This document shows, in pieces, positions 13,551 to 30,049 of a DNA stretch of 64,000 nt. Every line of letters starts with the position of its first letter. Position 1 is the stretch's first letter. The notes beneath the pieces were generated by a model that was not told the DNA's origin, made no database searches, and worked only from the letters and a program-made list of their open reading frames with translations. Origin of the DNA: Octopus vulgaris (lineage: Eukaryota); contig OX597832.1 of assembly GCA_951406725.2 (NCBI GenBank), forward strand, positions 20,026,001 to 20,090,000. Direction: 5' to 3'. The translations under genes and the position numbers were made by a program.

Positions 13551-14107
13551 TTACATATAGTGAAATGTTGATAGATCAAAATGTTTGAATTTGGTATATT
13601 GAAATAATTTTCCACGTTTATTACGATGATGTCTTTTGTTTGTTGCAGGAAAATTGCAGAGAAATGTTATTGAGGTTTAAAGTTTAATCAATTCTAACTA
13701 ATCAGTAAATCGGATTTGGAAGCTGATATTTTCTGCATGATAACTGTCTGTCACAAAATGAAAGCAAAATCATTACGACGAGGAATTTTTTATTAAGCAA
13801 ACGAAGGCAAAGCAATACCACGACCATAGATGTAAGAACATCTGAAGTTTTAATACGTTTTAATATATAAAGGCGTGTCAAACGGTCGAACAGATATGAA
13901 TATAATTTAAAAAAGGAAAAAGAATATCATCAACGAAGATTTTCTTTTGTGCAAAACTGCACTGATCTGTCCTGACGAACCGCTAGTGTAAACACAGTAA
14001 CACCGTTTGTTAAGCAATGGCGGTGGGACGTAAACACAGACACAAAGAGTGATTACTCACATGTAGTTATGTATGTACGTATGTATGTATGTATGTATGT
14101 ATGTATG

Positions 14108-14805
<698 letters not shown>

Positions 14806-14806
14806 A

Positions 14807-15160
<354 letters not shown>

Positions 15161-15256
15161 GTGTGAGAAGTAAGAGAAAATGGTGACTGGAAAGTCAAAA
15201 ATTGTTTATTATTAACAGCAAATCAATGATATACGTATGTGTGTTCGTGTGTATGT

Positions 15257-15416
15257 GCGACGAGCTTGTTTCATTTTCCGGCGACCAAATCCACTCACAA
15301 GGCTTTGGTCGACCCGAGACTATATTATAAAGCACCTGCCAAGTTTGACGTGCATGGAACTCGACTCAGCACCATATGATTCGGAAACAAACTTCTCATC
15401 TCACACCCACTCCTGC
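15257..15416 (-). mobile_element. SINE family B, degenerate 5' part
   Basis: accaaatccactcacaaggctttggtcgacccgag. Confidence 0.7.
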
Positions 15417-17349
15417 AATTATTTCTGCGAAACGCTGTGTCAATGATTAGGAAGTGGTACCATATATATAGTACGTGACGTAGAAGGAAAAAAAACGAGT
15501 AGATTTGAAAGAGAAACGAAATAACAGAAAATGTTAAGTACGTTGAATAAGGATTTGATTAATGCACAGAAGAATACATGAAATAAATAAGGTGTGTTTT
15601 AACGTTTCGAACGAATTTTTTTCTTCATATAGTAAGGGAGGAAAGTAAGATTAAAGATAGAAAGTTTGTGAAAAAAGATTATGGCAATCCGATACAAACT
15701 GAAGCCTACGTTTTAATTGAAAATTAAATAATTCAAAGAATATAAAAATTGAAAGGAATTATGATACCTATGTATGTATGTGTGTGTACGTTTGTGTATA
15801 TAGGTATTATGTAGTTGTGTTTATGTGTGTATGTATGTATTTTCCCGAAAGAGAGAGAGAGAGAGAGAGAGTGGTGTTATGCACACTTATACGTACTTCA
15901 TATAAACATAGAAATAGGTTTCTCGTTTTATCTCACTCTACTCTTATGTTAGCATATATTCATACAAACATACATACATACATACATACATACAAACATA
16001 AATACATAATACTTATATGCATACATACATACATAGATGTATACATACATTCACAAACACGTATGCATAAACACATCTTTTCAATTTATATCTATATATT
16101 TGTGTTTCTGCGTGTGCGTACGTATCGCTATGTGCGTGTTTAGCAAAAACGATGTTGCAGTGTGTGTTTACGCGTCTATATTTTTATAAAGAATGCACCA
16201 AAGACAAATACACTAGATGTGTGTTTTAGGTTGTTAAATTTTATACGATGATTAAAATGAGCATCATCTATGAAAAGTTAAGCGACACTGTAATTGATAT
16301 ATTCAGCAAAAAGAAAAACAAACAAACACTTGAAAACACACACTGACACGCACATGCACAAATACTCACACATATACACACACACACACACACACGATCG
16401 TGTAGTAACTTTTAACATGGCATTTCCAGAATAGGCGAAATCAACGAAGTTTCATCGGTTTACAAACTTTGGTATTTTCTATGTTAAATGTCATCGCTCA
16501 GCTCTCACAGCTAAACCCAAATGCTAATTGAACAGCCGTCAGAGGCAAACGGAGGATGCTCTCCAAATGCCAATATCGATCCTAAAATTTGCAATGTTGA
16601 ATGGTGATGGTGGAAATGATGTTGGTGTTCTCACTGATATTCTTAGAGGTGATGCTGATGATGGTGATAATGGTGGCGGTGGTGGTATGGTATTTATGCG
16701 TGTATGTGTGTGACAGTCTCTATGTGAGTGTGCTTGATGGTAAGGGGGAATAAAGTAAAGGTATATTATATCCCCTAGAAAAAAAAACACACCCCATCAA
16801 AATGAAGCACAGCGAAAACTTTAGTAATAAAAACGCTACACACATACATACATACATACATACATATACATACATGCATACATACATACAAACGCGCACA
16901 CACACAAACACACATATACATATAAATATATACATACGTATGTATGTATATGTGTTTGTGTGCATGTGAATGTGTGTATACGTATGTGGGTGGTGTATGT
17001 ATATGTATATGCATATGCATGTGTATATGTATAAATATATATGTATAACTACATTTATATACATATATACATATACACATAAATATATACATATATATAC
17101 ATGTACATACATACATACATATATATGTATACATACATACATATTCACATATATACATACATATACACATACATACATATACACATACATACATATGCAC
17201 ATATATACATACATACACACATATATATAATGAACCATTGTATTCAACGAATATTTTAAAACAGTGATTTGTTAAAATTAAAATGTTAATTCAAATCAAA
17301 TACTACTATCATTAACAGTATAAGTATTACCATTACCAATTATTTCTTT

Positions 17350-18484
<1,135 letters not shown>

Positions 18485-18490
18485 TCAAAG

Positions 18491-18584
18491 GCGAATACGG
18501 ACCAGACGCGTCAGTTTCCGTTTTGCTGAGAAGGCTAGAAAAAGAAACTTATTTATTTGATGTAGTATTAGAAGTTGCTTGCCG
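18491..18584 (+). other. Candidate internal exon (94 nt)
   Basis: tatttcaaag| ... CCG|gtaagt consensus donor; one frame is open throughout (EYGPDASVSVLLRRLEKETYLFDVVLEVAC). Confidence 0.4.
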
Positions 18585-18954
18585 GTAAGTTTACGAAAGT
18601 CAGCAAATTTTGAAATTTGCAAACATGACAGAAATATGCAGCTATAAGGCTACATATAATTTGACAGAATAATAACTTTTCGGTTCAAAAAGAACGAAAA
18701 TGACAAGAAATAAATTTCAAAGTATTTACTAAAATTTTAATTTTTAACTTTTACATTATCGAAAAGTCCAGTGGAGACAAAAACCAAGTGAATTAGAATT
18801 AAAATAAAAGATGTCGATTTATGTTATTACCGAAAACACTGAAAATATCAATAGAATTAAAGTATTAACGATGCAATAAATATTGTTAGATTAGAAAGAA
18901 ATTCCTTGAAGCTGATTATGTGAATCTTATATTCACGAAATATATTAGATCTAT

Positions 18955-19302
18955 TTCGTTTTTGAATTTGGCTTGCAAGATTCTTTATATGAGTTCGTGT
19001 GTTGAAGCATATTCTGTTGTGTCTGGGGAGAGTCATTTTCTTTTTGTGCCTTATAATTTAACACACCCACCGGTAAAATTTCCACTTTTTTCGTATTTTT
19101 ATTTTCCTAAAATTTTCGTTGCGTCTTGCAACCTTTTCAATAGTCTATATCCCCTAGAAAAAAAGTCAAAACTATTGAAATGGTTGCAAGATGCAACGAA
19201 AATTTTAGGAAAATAAAAATAAGAAAAAAGGGGAAATTTTATCGGTGAGTGTGTTACACCATAAGGCACAAAAAGAAAACGACTCTCCCCAGACACAACA
19301 GA
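18955..19302. mobile_element. PLE-like inverted-repeat cassette with 13-bp TSD and U3:A8 hammerhead variant
   Basis: Arms 19009-19144 and 19171-19306; direct repeat atattagatctat at 18942-18954 and 19303-19315; minus strand cta-TTGAAAA-ggttgc-aagac-gcaac-GAAA-at-TT-tag at 19107-19143. Confidence 0.75.
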
Positions 19303-19345
19303 ATATTAGATCTATAATTTCCTTAGAAATCTAGTAAATCTCTGT

Positions 19346-19552
19346 CAGTTCTTCTCAACCAAGGTGTCCGTTTAAGATTTTGTTGGTAGAATTTATGTGC
19401 ATCAAATCGGTTATATGTTTACAATGCACCAAATATTTTGACATATAATAGGATTATATCCTATTATATCGAATGGCTATGAGGATCCATTCGAGTAAAA
19501 TAGAAATGAAAGGGGTCTATATGTAAAAAATTAAAATGATTGAGAAGAACTG
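19346..19552. mobile_element. hAT-like MITE
   Basis: TIRs cagttcttctcaacca / tgattgagaagaactg, resembling CAGTGGTTCTCAA-type hAT/Charlie termini; 8-bp TSD not preserved. Confidence 0.6.
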
Positions 19553-20443
19553 ATTTTAATTGTATTTACACTTGGCTTATTAAAACCTATCATTTTTGAA
19601 CGATTTCTCTATTTGGTTATTGGTATCTCCGTTTGTGTCCTTGCTGTTAGTAGTTTTTTGTAGCGGAGCGTAAACTTTTGCAAGCTTTATAGGTGAAATT
19701 TGATAGATCGAAAATTGACGAAATTCGCAAGGTTGATTGGTAATTCAAGAACCCAGTTTTTTAATTGCTTAATTTTATGGTGATGCTGAAATGGAATTAT
19801 ATTGGGGATGCACCGGTTTTCTTCAGAATTATCTGTCATCTACTCCACCCAATGGATTTAAGTCCTTAACGATTCGAAACACAGGTGTAACATTTTAGTA
19901 AAATAAACACGGGTAATTATGTAGATTAAACAACTGTAACTCGTTTGTCAAACAGTCGTGAAACCCATTCATAGAATCGAAAAACAAAAACCGGTTTAGA
20001 GACTCGATTCGTTGAGCAATTATTTCCACTGTACAGTTTTACAATGAATGAAATAAAACATAAATGTGGCGTAAACATTTTCTATAATCCAAGATACAAG
20101 CTTTGACGTCTTTGGAATTTGAAAGCAATTAGCAGCTTCAGTCAAGGATAACGATTTCCCACTCCCAATAAGATATGATTTCAGCTCAGTAAATGTGTTC
20201 CACCAGTGTATTTATCTGATTAAAACTTTGCGTTGGTTAAATAAAAAAAAAAACCTATCGCATACGATAGGTTTTACTAAACTCGTATGAATTTTGTGTC
20301 TATTGTTATGCTCTTCCCCTTATGTGAATTTCCAGCGAGATCTTTTTTAAAAGCACAGTGTAATAAATAAACAAATAAGAAGGGATTTTCAAACAAGCTA
20401 TCATATTTATATTTTTTATTTAGGTAATAATAATAATAATAAC

Positions 20444-20502
<59 letters not shown>

Positions 20503-20537
20503 TGATGTTGATGATGATGATAATAATAATAATGATA

Positions 20538-20738
20538 CTGGCAGAATCGTTAGCACGCTGGACGAAATGTTTAGCGTTATTTCGTCTGTCGCTACGTTCT
20601 TAGTTCAAATTCCGCCGAGGTCGACTTATCCATTTATACTTTCGGGGTCGATAAATTAAGTACCAGTCAAGTATTGGGGTCGATGTAATCGACTTACCCC
20701 TCCCCCAAAATTTCAGGCCTTGTGCCTACAGTAGAAAG
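20538..20738 (+). mobile_element. SINE family A
   Basis: ctggcagaatcgttagcacgc...gttcaaattccgccgaggtcgac...ggggtcgataaattaagtaccagt; adjacent to (AAT)n. Confidence 0.9.
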
Positions 20739-21199
20739 ACACAACGCAAGTCCAGTCTCTTTTAGACGTAGTATATCGAGCCCCCCACTGTAGATTATAT
20801 TAACAGCTATGTTCCGTTCCGTTCCGCAAGAATCGTATGAGCACGTATACCTGTCTGGTCAAAAGAGAATTAGTGCAAGGTAAAATAATGAGAAGCCAAT
20901 ATACATTTTATAATGAAGCAAAATTTTCAATGATGTGCAATGAGTGGTACTGTCTCTGATTTCCCAAAATAGCTCTTGTCATGCCATTCACTTTGCTGAT
21001 GCTGGTTAACCTGCTAATATATAATTCCTCGTTCTTACCAACCTTAAGTTCCAGAGCAAATCAAACGCCGATCAGTTTAGCCGGTGTAACGTCTCTGTCT
21101 GCCGTTCCATTGTGCTTTTCGACAGTGTTATCATATTCTTTTTGGTGCTGGGCTGCACATCCACCGACATGGCACTCTCGTGTCACACTTTGAAAGGTA

Positions 21200-21670
21200 T
21201 ACCTCGCAATTTCATTTTCGGCAGCTCTGTCATTCCTTGTGCGAAATTTGAAACAGTTCTGAGAAATGATCATTTAATTTACACACTAATATGGTGTTAC
21301 TATAGAGGCTCTGAAACGAAACACGCTCTGAAAACGGAACCGAAATCGTCTTCCTTAAAAACACAGTCAGATAGCGATATTTGACTCAATGAAAAGTTTC
21401 AATTGAACCGATTTGTTTAACACTAAATCATGGCGTGTTATTCATCCTTCAAACTTTTTGCAATGCATTCATGAAAAAACCGAGCATATCCGCCTTGAAT
21501 TAGATAGCATGCTCTCATTATGGCCCGTCACAGCATTTAGAGTGCTTTGGTAATTTCATGTCTCTGATGTCCGTCTTCATAAGGTTAGTATACTGCGATA
21601 CCTCTTCTAGTTTCACGTCACGTTCATCTGCTAACCTGTTGATTAGTACTCATTATAATCACCTGCTTTT
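21200..21670 (-). pseudogene. Highly decayed non-LTR retrotransposon reverse transcriptase fragment (L1/Tx1-like)
   Basis: With frameshifts the minus strand reads VLINRLA...Q.K.F..VKYRYLTVFLRK.DFGSVFRAC..FQSLYSNTILVCKLNDHFSELFQIS, resembling KAFDRV...YL..VL...GFG..F..WI..LY.......NG..S..F of L1/Tx1 RTs. Confidence 0.6.
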
Positions 21671-21720
21671 TGTCATTACTTCGGTATTATAATCCTTCGA
21701 TTTTACCCCAAAAGATTTCT

Positions 21721-21951
21721 CATTTCTTTATTGCCCACAAGGGACTAAACATAGTGGAGACAAACAAGGACACACAAACGGATTAAGTCGATTATATCGA
21801 CCCCAGTGCGTAACTGGTACTTATTTAATCGACCCCGAAAGGATGAAAGGCAAAGTCGACCTCGGCGGAATTTGAACTCAGAACTTAACGGCGGACGAAA
21901 TACCGCTAAGCATTTCGCCCGGCGTGCTAACGTTTCTGCCAGCTCACCGCC
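21721..21951 (-). mobile_element. SINE family A, full length
   Basis: Reverse complement of 34045-34277 over essentially its whole length. Confidence 0.92.
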
Positions 21952-23371
21952 CAAAATCTATCTGCAGAGAAACCATCTGCCCGTTTATTGGCGATGATTC
22001 TCGTCGGTATTCACCCAACTCTTTTCACTACTCCAGCCTATTTAGGTTTCCCAATCAAGAGATGTGTTCATCTTCGACTGACCTAATCCTTGCTTATGTG
22101 TTCTACGTCGACTATGCAGATCGCAAATTTATATATGTATTGAGTCAACTGTAATTGAGAAAGTCATGTTATCCTTTAAAGTTGATTAATGAATAATTTA
22201 TTGGAGATGCGATTCGAATGACGCACTGCGATTATAGGAAGTCCATAATGACATATTCGGGAAATTTAGTCGCTAATTACCTGAGAGCAGGAACTGCATG
22301 AGCAAATTTGCCAGTGTTCTGCACCCTTTCTCTTGTCGGCGTCACTTACGTGTTCCAACGGCTTGCAAGAAACCTCTGTTAAAGATACAAAGTCTTGCGT
22401 ATGTCCAAAAATCCATTCCTATCACCTTCAGAAATATCAACTTTTCTATCGTTCGCATTTCAACGTTGATATTTCATGTTCGATTTTTACAGCAGGCCGC
22501 TCTCAATTACTATTTTTCTAAGTATTTTATGAATGAAGATAGTATCGTTGGTTTTAATTGTACCATATTTATGACTGCAAGATTCTCTTCAAGAACTATG
22601 AGTCAAAACTTATGAAGCGTACTATCGGACGAATCTTCCCATTATTAAACTTGAGTATTAAACGATTTTATTAAACATTAGACTTTGAATATATTACTAA
22701 CCATCCGTAGCAATTAATACATGTTTACTGTGGCGTAACTAACGTGGTTGTCATCCGTAGCAAGATGACGCTCCTTAAATTTTCATATATCAGCTACACC
22801 TTATCAACGGACCGCAATACACATAATCTTCCATTCACCACCCATAAAAGCCTGAAATACGGTAGAGCAGCTATAAAATTAACGAGGTCACATTTTATTT
22901 TTCATTTTAATGCAGTAAACCGTATTCTAATTAATATATAGTCAATTTTTATGCACAAAAATAATACTTATATTTTCCTCTCGTGGGTGGCATCATGAAC
23001 TGAATTGTATTTCTTGACACTATTCGTCATTGCTGTTAGTGTTCTTTTAACCTTGGGTGAACCTTGAATATGTCAACTTATAACAATATTATGTGAGATA
23101 TTTCTATTCTGTGTGTTTGTGGCATATGATATACACTGCCTTTTTTAAAGTTTTCTTAAGGCAGTGTCGTATAATTCGATGCCATTGTAGTTGCTATTTC
23201 TAACATACTGAGCGTCTATATAGAGGCATAAATTTCACGTATTCGCCGACGTCGGAATGAGAGAATTCCTAGGTAAATGTTCAAGTTTATTCCAAGTTGA
23301 ACAGGCGTAGTCTCTCTCCTGGAGTTGTTGAAATATCTAAGATAATACTAGGGATTCATCTTTATATATAA

Positions 23372-23651
23372 CTAGCAGTATCGCCCGGCGTTGCTCGGGT
23401 TTGTAAGGGAAATAACTATATAAGCATTTTAGAGAGTTACTTCCCTTATATAATATCAAAAATGCATTAAAAATGGGAAAAAATGATGGTAATATTTTTT
23501 TAAAATCGTAGACTCATCGTAGACGCGCGCTAATATCCAGAAGGGCTCGATATGAATCCCGACTATAAGATACCCGCTTTTGGTTACATTGCACCGCAAA
23601 ATGTGGGAGTAGTTAGGAATCTAAATCGTAGGAGACATATTTTTATACAGA
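23372..23651 (-). mobile_element. Non-autonomous Helitron
   Basis: Minus-strand 3' end cccgagcaacgccggg hairpin followed by CTAG|T; highly similar to 27320-27618. Confidence 0.75.
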
Positions 23652-24594
23652 TATATGAAACAGGCTTCTTTCAATTTCCACTTACAAATATTAGTAGAAG
23701 ACACTTGCTCAAGGTGTTACACAATGGGATTGAACCTGGAATCATGTGTTTGGGAAGCAAATTTCATACCACACAACTAGTAAATTAACTATTTTTGCCA
23801 CGCACATAGAGCCTCCCACTTACTTCTGCTCTCAGCCAGATCTTTAGTTCATTTTCTCCTTAAATTTCAAGTGCCATAAATCTACCGCAGGGTGTGTCGG
23901 TGTTAACGTTGTATTTTTAACTCTATATCACTCTAAATCGAGCAGATTTATAATCAAAAGTATTACAGTCGTGACTATTAACTATTTTTTTTCGAAGAAT
24001 GTGTTACTTAAAATAATATTATCTTGCGTACATTTCTATTTATTTTAATATGGTATGGTGTGGTTTGGGAGCAGTGACAGGTGGTTATCTCTAGCAGGTC
24101 AAACAACCACGTAGTATTTATCTGATGTCCTACATTTAAGGAGTGTTGTGTATGATTTTAAACTACATCCGATATCAAGATCTGGTCTTGGGAAACCTTA
24201 GACATTAAAGAAAATGTGTTTACCACTTAGTTGACATTAATCTCAATTCCAGTACTTTTCTGAATCAGGACAGTGGCTTTTGAATGGACTGCAGGAGAGC
24301 AGCTTTTGAAGGAACCTAGAATTTCAATAACTGTGGGACAATAGGCAAACAGAAAACATAGCTAAAAGATTTCTCTATTAAGTGGCAACCACCAAATTCA
24401 CTAGAAAAAATTCACGATGTAGAAGCAATGAATTTAGAGACACAATTTCGGGAAGGACATCGAAATGTTGCAGCTGCTATTATATTGATGCTGGTAAAAT
24501 AAATTTATTTACTTTTACTCTCATAAGTAGCTACTATTTTCAACATCTTGGTACCATGTCTGAAAATATCTGTATTTTGTTATTTGCCCTTTAC

Positions 24595-24800
24595 ATCTTT
24601 CTGTCATTAGACTGTAGCCATGCTGGGACACCACTTTGAAGAATTTTAGTGGAACGAATCGACCATAGTCCTTTTTTATTTCACAAAAGCCTAGTACTTA
24701 TTCTATCTACTCTTTTGTCGAACCGCTAAGTTGCAGATACGTGAACAAACAAAAACTGTTCGTTAAGTGTTGGTCGGGGACAGACACCAACATAAAGACG
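24595..24800 (-). mobile_element. SINE family B, 3' part
   Basis: gactgtagccatgctgg...tagtacttattctatc...gaaccgctaagtt. Confidence 0.75.
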
Positions 24801-24835
24801 CATATGCACACGTGCACACGCACATTCATACACAC

Positions 24836-24906
<71 letters not shown>

Positions 24907-25658
24907 CGTACACTACCTGCTTACCTCTTATACGACAGTTGATAACGAAAGTGTAATTTTGCCACTGTGGGTAACATCACTATATACAGTTTATATAAAA
25001 TACTTATGACTTAGCTTTCATCAAACACCTTGGCGCTTATACAAAATGGTTAAGTAATTTACTAATTTTGGAAAGGAAATTTTTATTACCTTTCAATTCA
25101 ATAAAATAAATTTCGCATTTGCTTATTTGAAATAAAATTAAAACATTTTTCTAAATTTTATTAGCATATTCCCAATCTTCGCAGTCGAAAATTTATCTCT
25201 GCAAAATTTCATTAAGATATGTGTAGTTTCCAGAAATTTATAATTAATGCACTCATCGTTCACGTCATATGTTAACTCATTCTGTATCTCTATATTACTG
25301 AAATCCCTACACACACACACACAGACACCCACACACACCCACACACACACAGATACTCTCTCTTTCTCTCTCTCTCTAGCTCTCTTTCTCTCTTACTATT
25401 CGACGTAAAGCATGGCTGGTGAAATCGAACAACGAACAATCTTTTATATCATTTATCATATATACGTCTTCTGTTCTTAATTATTAAATTTCTTTCTCTT
25501 GAGGAGGGTGTTCGTTTCTAACAAAGTTACAATGTTCCCTCATTGGAATGTAGATAACAAATCATTATCAAAATTTTAACTTGGAAAAAAGATTTTTACT
25601 GTTCTATTTACAATTGTTGATTTCGTATCTCTCTCTCTCACACTCTCTCTCTCTCTCA

Positions 25659-25726
<68 letters not shown>

Positions 25727-25835
25727 ATATAAATAATATCAATATATATATGTGTGTATATGTACATATATACATATATATACATATATACATATATGTA
25801 TATATATATATACATATATACATATATATATAAAT

Positions 25836-25909
<74 letters not shown>

Positions 25910-27319
25910 ATCTGCTCATTTGGATACATATATATATAGATGTACAGAAGCGTACCTTTAATGTATGATAGCGCCAGATCGTGCCTGTTTCCGAATGTGT
26001 CTACGTGTATGCAAGGGTGTGTCTGTATCAGAGCGTGTGTGTTCGTATTTAATTTTTTTCTTTTTTCGATTAAGGTCTACAATAATGAAGTACAAAGACG
26101 TCATATTTGAAAACCAGGTCCTCGGGTGCGCATGCACCACATTCTATGCAAGCGTGAATTAGAAAATACGTTTGAGAATTATCAACTGTCTTAACCGGAG
26201 ACAAAAAAGTACACCGACTTTAGTGCAATGGCTCAACCGAAGGAGACGAAAGACGAATGCACAAACCCAGCTTGTTACCACTGAATAGAGCGCAGGTAAC
26301 AAACACCTGCACTGTTAATTAATAATTCATTTCTTTATAATGTTTAATATTTTATTGTCATCATCAGAATCTTTGATCCTACCCGTATAAGTCTTGATCT
26401 CTGTTAGAATATTTTTCAAATAAAAATAAAGAATAATTAATTTGTAGTGCGTGACTTTATTAATTGACACATTAACAAACAGTTGGACGTTTTTTTTTTA
26501 TCTTTTATGCCCCCGAAATATAACAATAGAATTAATTTGAACACAATAACGGAATAAATTTGAAGATGATTAATTGAAATCACGTATACGATTTGACTAC
26601 AATGTTTATCAAATGTTAAACAAAAAATATATACGTTAGTTGTTACCCGTTGATTTCTACCACACCCACACAGAGAAAGAATTATAGTCCTTAATTATCC
26701 TATACTCTTCTGTTACAGCCCAAACCACTTTTTGTGTTTTTAATTTACCTTGTTTCGCTTAATTAACTTGAGAACGATGTGAACCAAGTAAAGATTTCAT
26801 ATTTCCGTCCACAATAAATGCGATGCGATGCGTTGCAACATTTCAACATTTTATGAAATATTGTTTTTCTTCTTGTTATTAAAATCACGGACAGTTCTGA
26901 TGGAGCAGAGTTATAACGAAAGGTATTCCAAGCGTGACCACTAGGATGTTTTGTTTCATGTCCTACAAGACAACAATATATAATATACAATTTGCTTCCT
27001 AAAGATAGTAGCTTGTAAGTTTCAGTAAATACTGCTATTCTTAGACGATTTCGCGATAATTTAGCTGCTACCTCAGCTTGTTTCATGAAGCGCGTTAGAT
27101 GGCGTCACTTTTGAATCACTCAATTCAAAAATGTCCTTCCTCTATTGAGTAAAGATCGAAATTCATATTTCCGTTCAATACAAGGGATAAGTAAGATTTT
27201 AGATTATCGATGAAGACATAAATTACGGAATTTTCTCGTGTCGTTTAATAAATGTTTATTTACCAACTAGGTTTGAATTTGCAATTCGTTCTATGTGATA
27301 AAAACTTATCTATAAGTAA

Positions 27320-27618
27320 CTAGTAGTATCGCCCGGCGTTGCTCGGGTTTGTAAGGGAAATAACTATATAATCATTTTTAGAGAGTTACTTCCCTTATAA
27401 AATAGCGAAAAAATGCCTTAAAAATGGGAAAAAATGATGGTAAATTATTTTTTAAATCGTAGACTCATCGTAGACGCGCGCTAATACCGAGAAGGGCTCG
27501 ATATGAATCACGACTATAAGATACCCGGTTTTGGTTAAACTGCACCGCAAAATGTGGGAGTAGTTAGGAATCTAAATCGGAGGAGACAGACACACAACTT
27601 CTCTTTTATATATAAAGA
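27320..27618 (-). mobile_element. Non-autonomous Helitron, complete
   Basis: Minus strand begins A|TCtttatatataa and ends with a subterminal GC hairpin plus CTAG|T; no TSD; second copy at 23372. Confidence 0.8.
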
Positions 27619-27894
27619 TATACGTTTCAGTAAATAACAAGAAATTAAACAGTGCTTTAGGGTTCTGGTTAGCTTTACGACAAAGCAAGAAAATTTCTAA
27701 CTGTAGATATTGTATGGCAAATTTATGTTATAGAAACGATCCCTGATAAATGCAATTTCGCTGAAATATATTGTTTTCTAGATGAATGTTTCATATTAAT
27801 TAAATGGTTCGTGTTACGTAAATGTTTCATGTTACGTAAATAGTTCATGTTACGTGAATAGCTATTCCATTAAAACAAATATTTGCTCCAAAAG

Positions 27895-28192
27895 AGGTGC
27901 AGACGTGACTGTGTGATAAGGAGTTTGCTTGACAACTACACGCTATCAGTTCCGAGATCAGTGTCACTCCGACGCACTTCGGGTTAGTCTCTTCTAGTAT
28001 AGCCTCGAGCCGACGAAAAGTTTGTGAGTGTATTTGGTTGACGGAAACTGATAGAAGCCCCTCATATATACATATGTATATAAGAGAGAGAGAGAGAGAG
28101 AGATGGAGAGTGTGTGTTGTTGTGTTGTGTATACCGTTGTGTTGTATTTGTCCACCACCACATGACAACCGGTGTTACTGTGTTTACGTCCA
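27895..28192 (+). mobile_element. SINE family B, degenerate
   Basis: aggtgcagacgtgactgtgtgataag...tatagcctcgagccgac...gacggaaactg...tgacaaccggtgtt. Confidence 0.75.
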
Positions 28193-28288
28193 CAGACTGA
28201 AAGAAGTAAACTTTAAAGATACGGATATGTGTGTGTATGTGTGTGTGTGTTTGTGTGTGTGTAATGCATAAACTCACATGCGTGTGAA

Positions 28289-28342
<54 letters not shown>

Positions 28343-29394
28343 TATATATATATGCATGCACACACTTACACACACACACGCACACACATACACACACATA
28401 CATACATACATGCACACCCAACACGCGCACAAAATTTAGCTTCCTTTTCTTTTAGCGGTTAATCAAATAAACAAATACATATATGGTGACCCGAGGTCAA
28501 GTGCCGTAATCGGGGTATCTACGGCTTAGTTTAAACACATGATCTGTGTCGGATGTTTAGTGCAGTAGCTGTATAACACGATAGGACTGCTAACCAACAG
28601 TTCCCTACGCGATGCCCCCACCCCGGCAACATGCCAAACGGTGAAGTGACACCAGGCAAATCCATCTGAAATCTTAGATCAAGACTTGAGTGCAATGATC
28701 TATCTCAACCTCATTTCGTTTTCTTTAATTTTTTTTTGTTGTTTCGTTTAATTGCTTTTATTGTTTTCGTATATTGCTTTTGCAGCACATACCCAAGGCA
28801 CACAGAGCTGCGCTCGGTAGTGAAGTGAAAGCACGCTAACTTTGTCAAGCCGAAGTGACATTGGTTTTCTTGAGCTCATATTTTCTTTCTTTCTAGATAT
28901 ATATTTTTGTATTATTGCTACTTGCACTTCTTGGGGATGCTGATGATTTCATTTTGTTGGTGTGTTTGTAGTGGTAGTAGTGCTGGCAGTGCTGGCAGTG
29001 CTGGTAGTGGTGGTGGTAGAATTATTGGTGTGGTGTTGTCATGTTATTTTTTGTAAAATGATAGCTAAGCATCGCTTAACAGTTTTGAGACATGAAGGAG
29101 TGCAGCGGGGACGAAAACCGACAAGACAGGACTCAACAGGACAAGAAAGGAGGAAAGACAGGATGATACACATAGATAAATAGGTATATATATATTATAT
29201 AAGTATGTGTATAAATATATGGGAGTGCGTGTATATATATATATATATATAGTGTGTGGGTGAGAGAGAGAGAGAGAGAGAGATTGATTGATTCCTTGAT
29301 TATTTACTGATAGCTACAGGTAGATAGACATATAGATTGATAGATATATATATAGATAGATAGATACGCAGATAGGTAGGTAGGTAGATAGATT

Positions 29395-29462
<68 letters not shown>

Positions 29463-29483
29463 TAGATAGATAGACAGACAGAC

Positions 29484-29558
<75 letters not shown>

Positions 29559-29647
29559 CAAGTAAATCGCAAAACTAAAGGTTGAAAAGGAGATAAAAAT
29601 TTAATTGCAGAAAGAAATAAAGAAAGAAAGAAGGACAGAAAGAAAGA

Positions 29648-29688
<41 letters not shown>

Positions 29689-30011
29689 AGGAAAGAAAGA
29701 AAGCAGATAACACGAGCAAAATTTAAACTTGGAAAAAGATAATGACAGTAAAGGAAAATGAAGGAATTAAAGAAGGAAGAAAGGGAGAGTCAACAATAAA
29801 ACTAAAAGCATAATGAAAATGAAATAAATGAAAATTAGCCCTGGCTCGCACGTTAGGCCATTAATCTTCTATTGGCACACGTCACGTGATAAGCTCAAGT
29901 TCACTCAGTAAGTAACTTAAAAATTATCGTTACATTTTTTGCCGTCCCTATTGTCTATTTGTCGTATTAACTGTCCTTAAAACATAACTGATTCTGTCTA
30001 TGCACATACAG

Positions 30012-30047
<36 letters not shown>

Positions 30048-30049
<2 letters not shown>

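Noticed and set aside
25497-25546. Possible hammerhead remnant on the - strand (CCAATGA...GAAACG)
   Set aside because: No stem I pairing or valid cleavage triplet; too degenerate to call
28480-28670. GC-richer unique island with a weak hairpin and a minus-strand acceptor-like site
   Set aside because: All frames close quickly, the hairpin is too imperfect for a pre-miRNA, and no known mature miRNA was recognised
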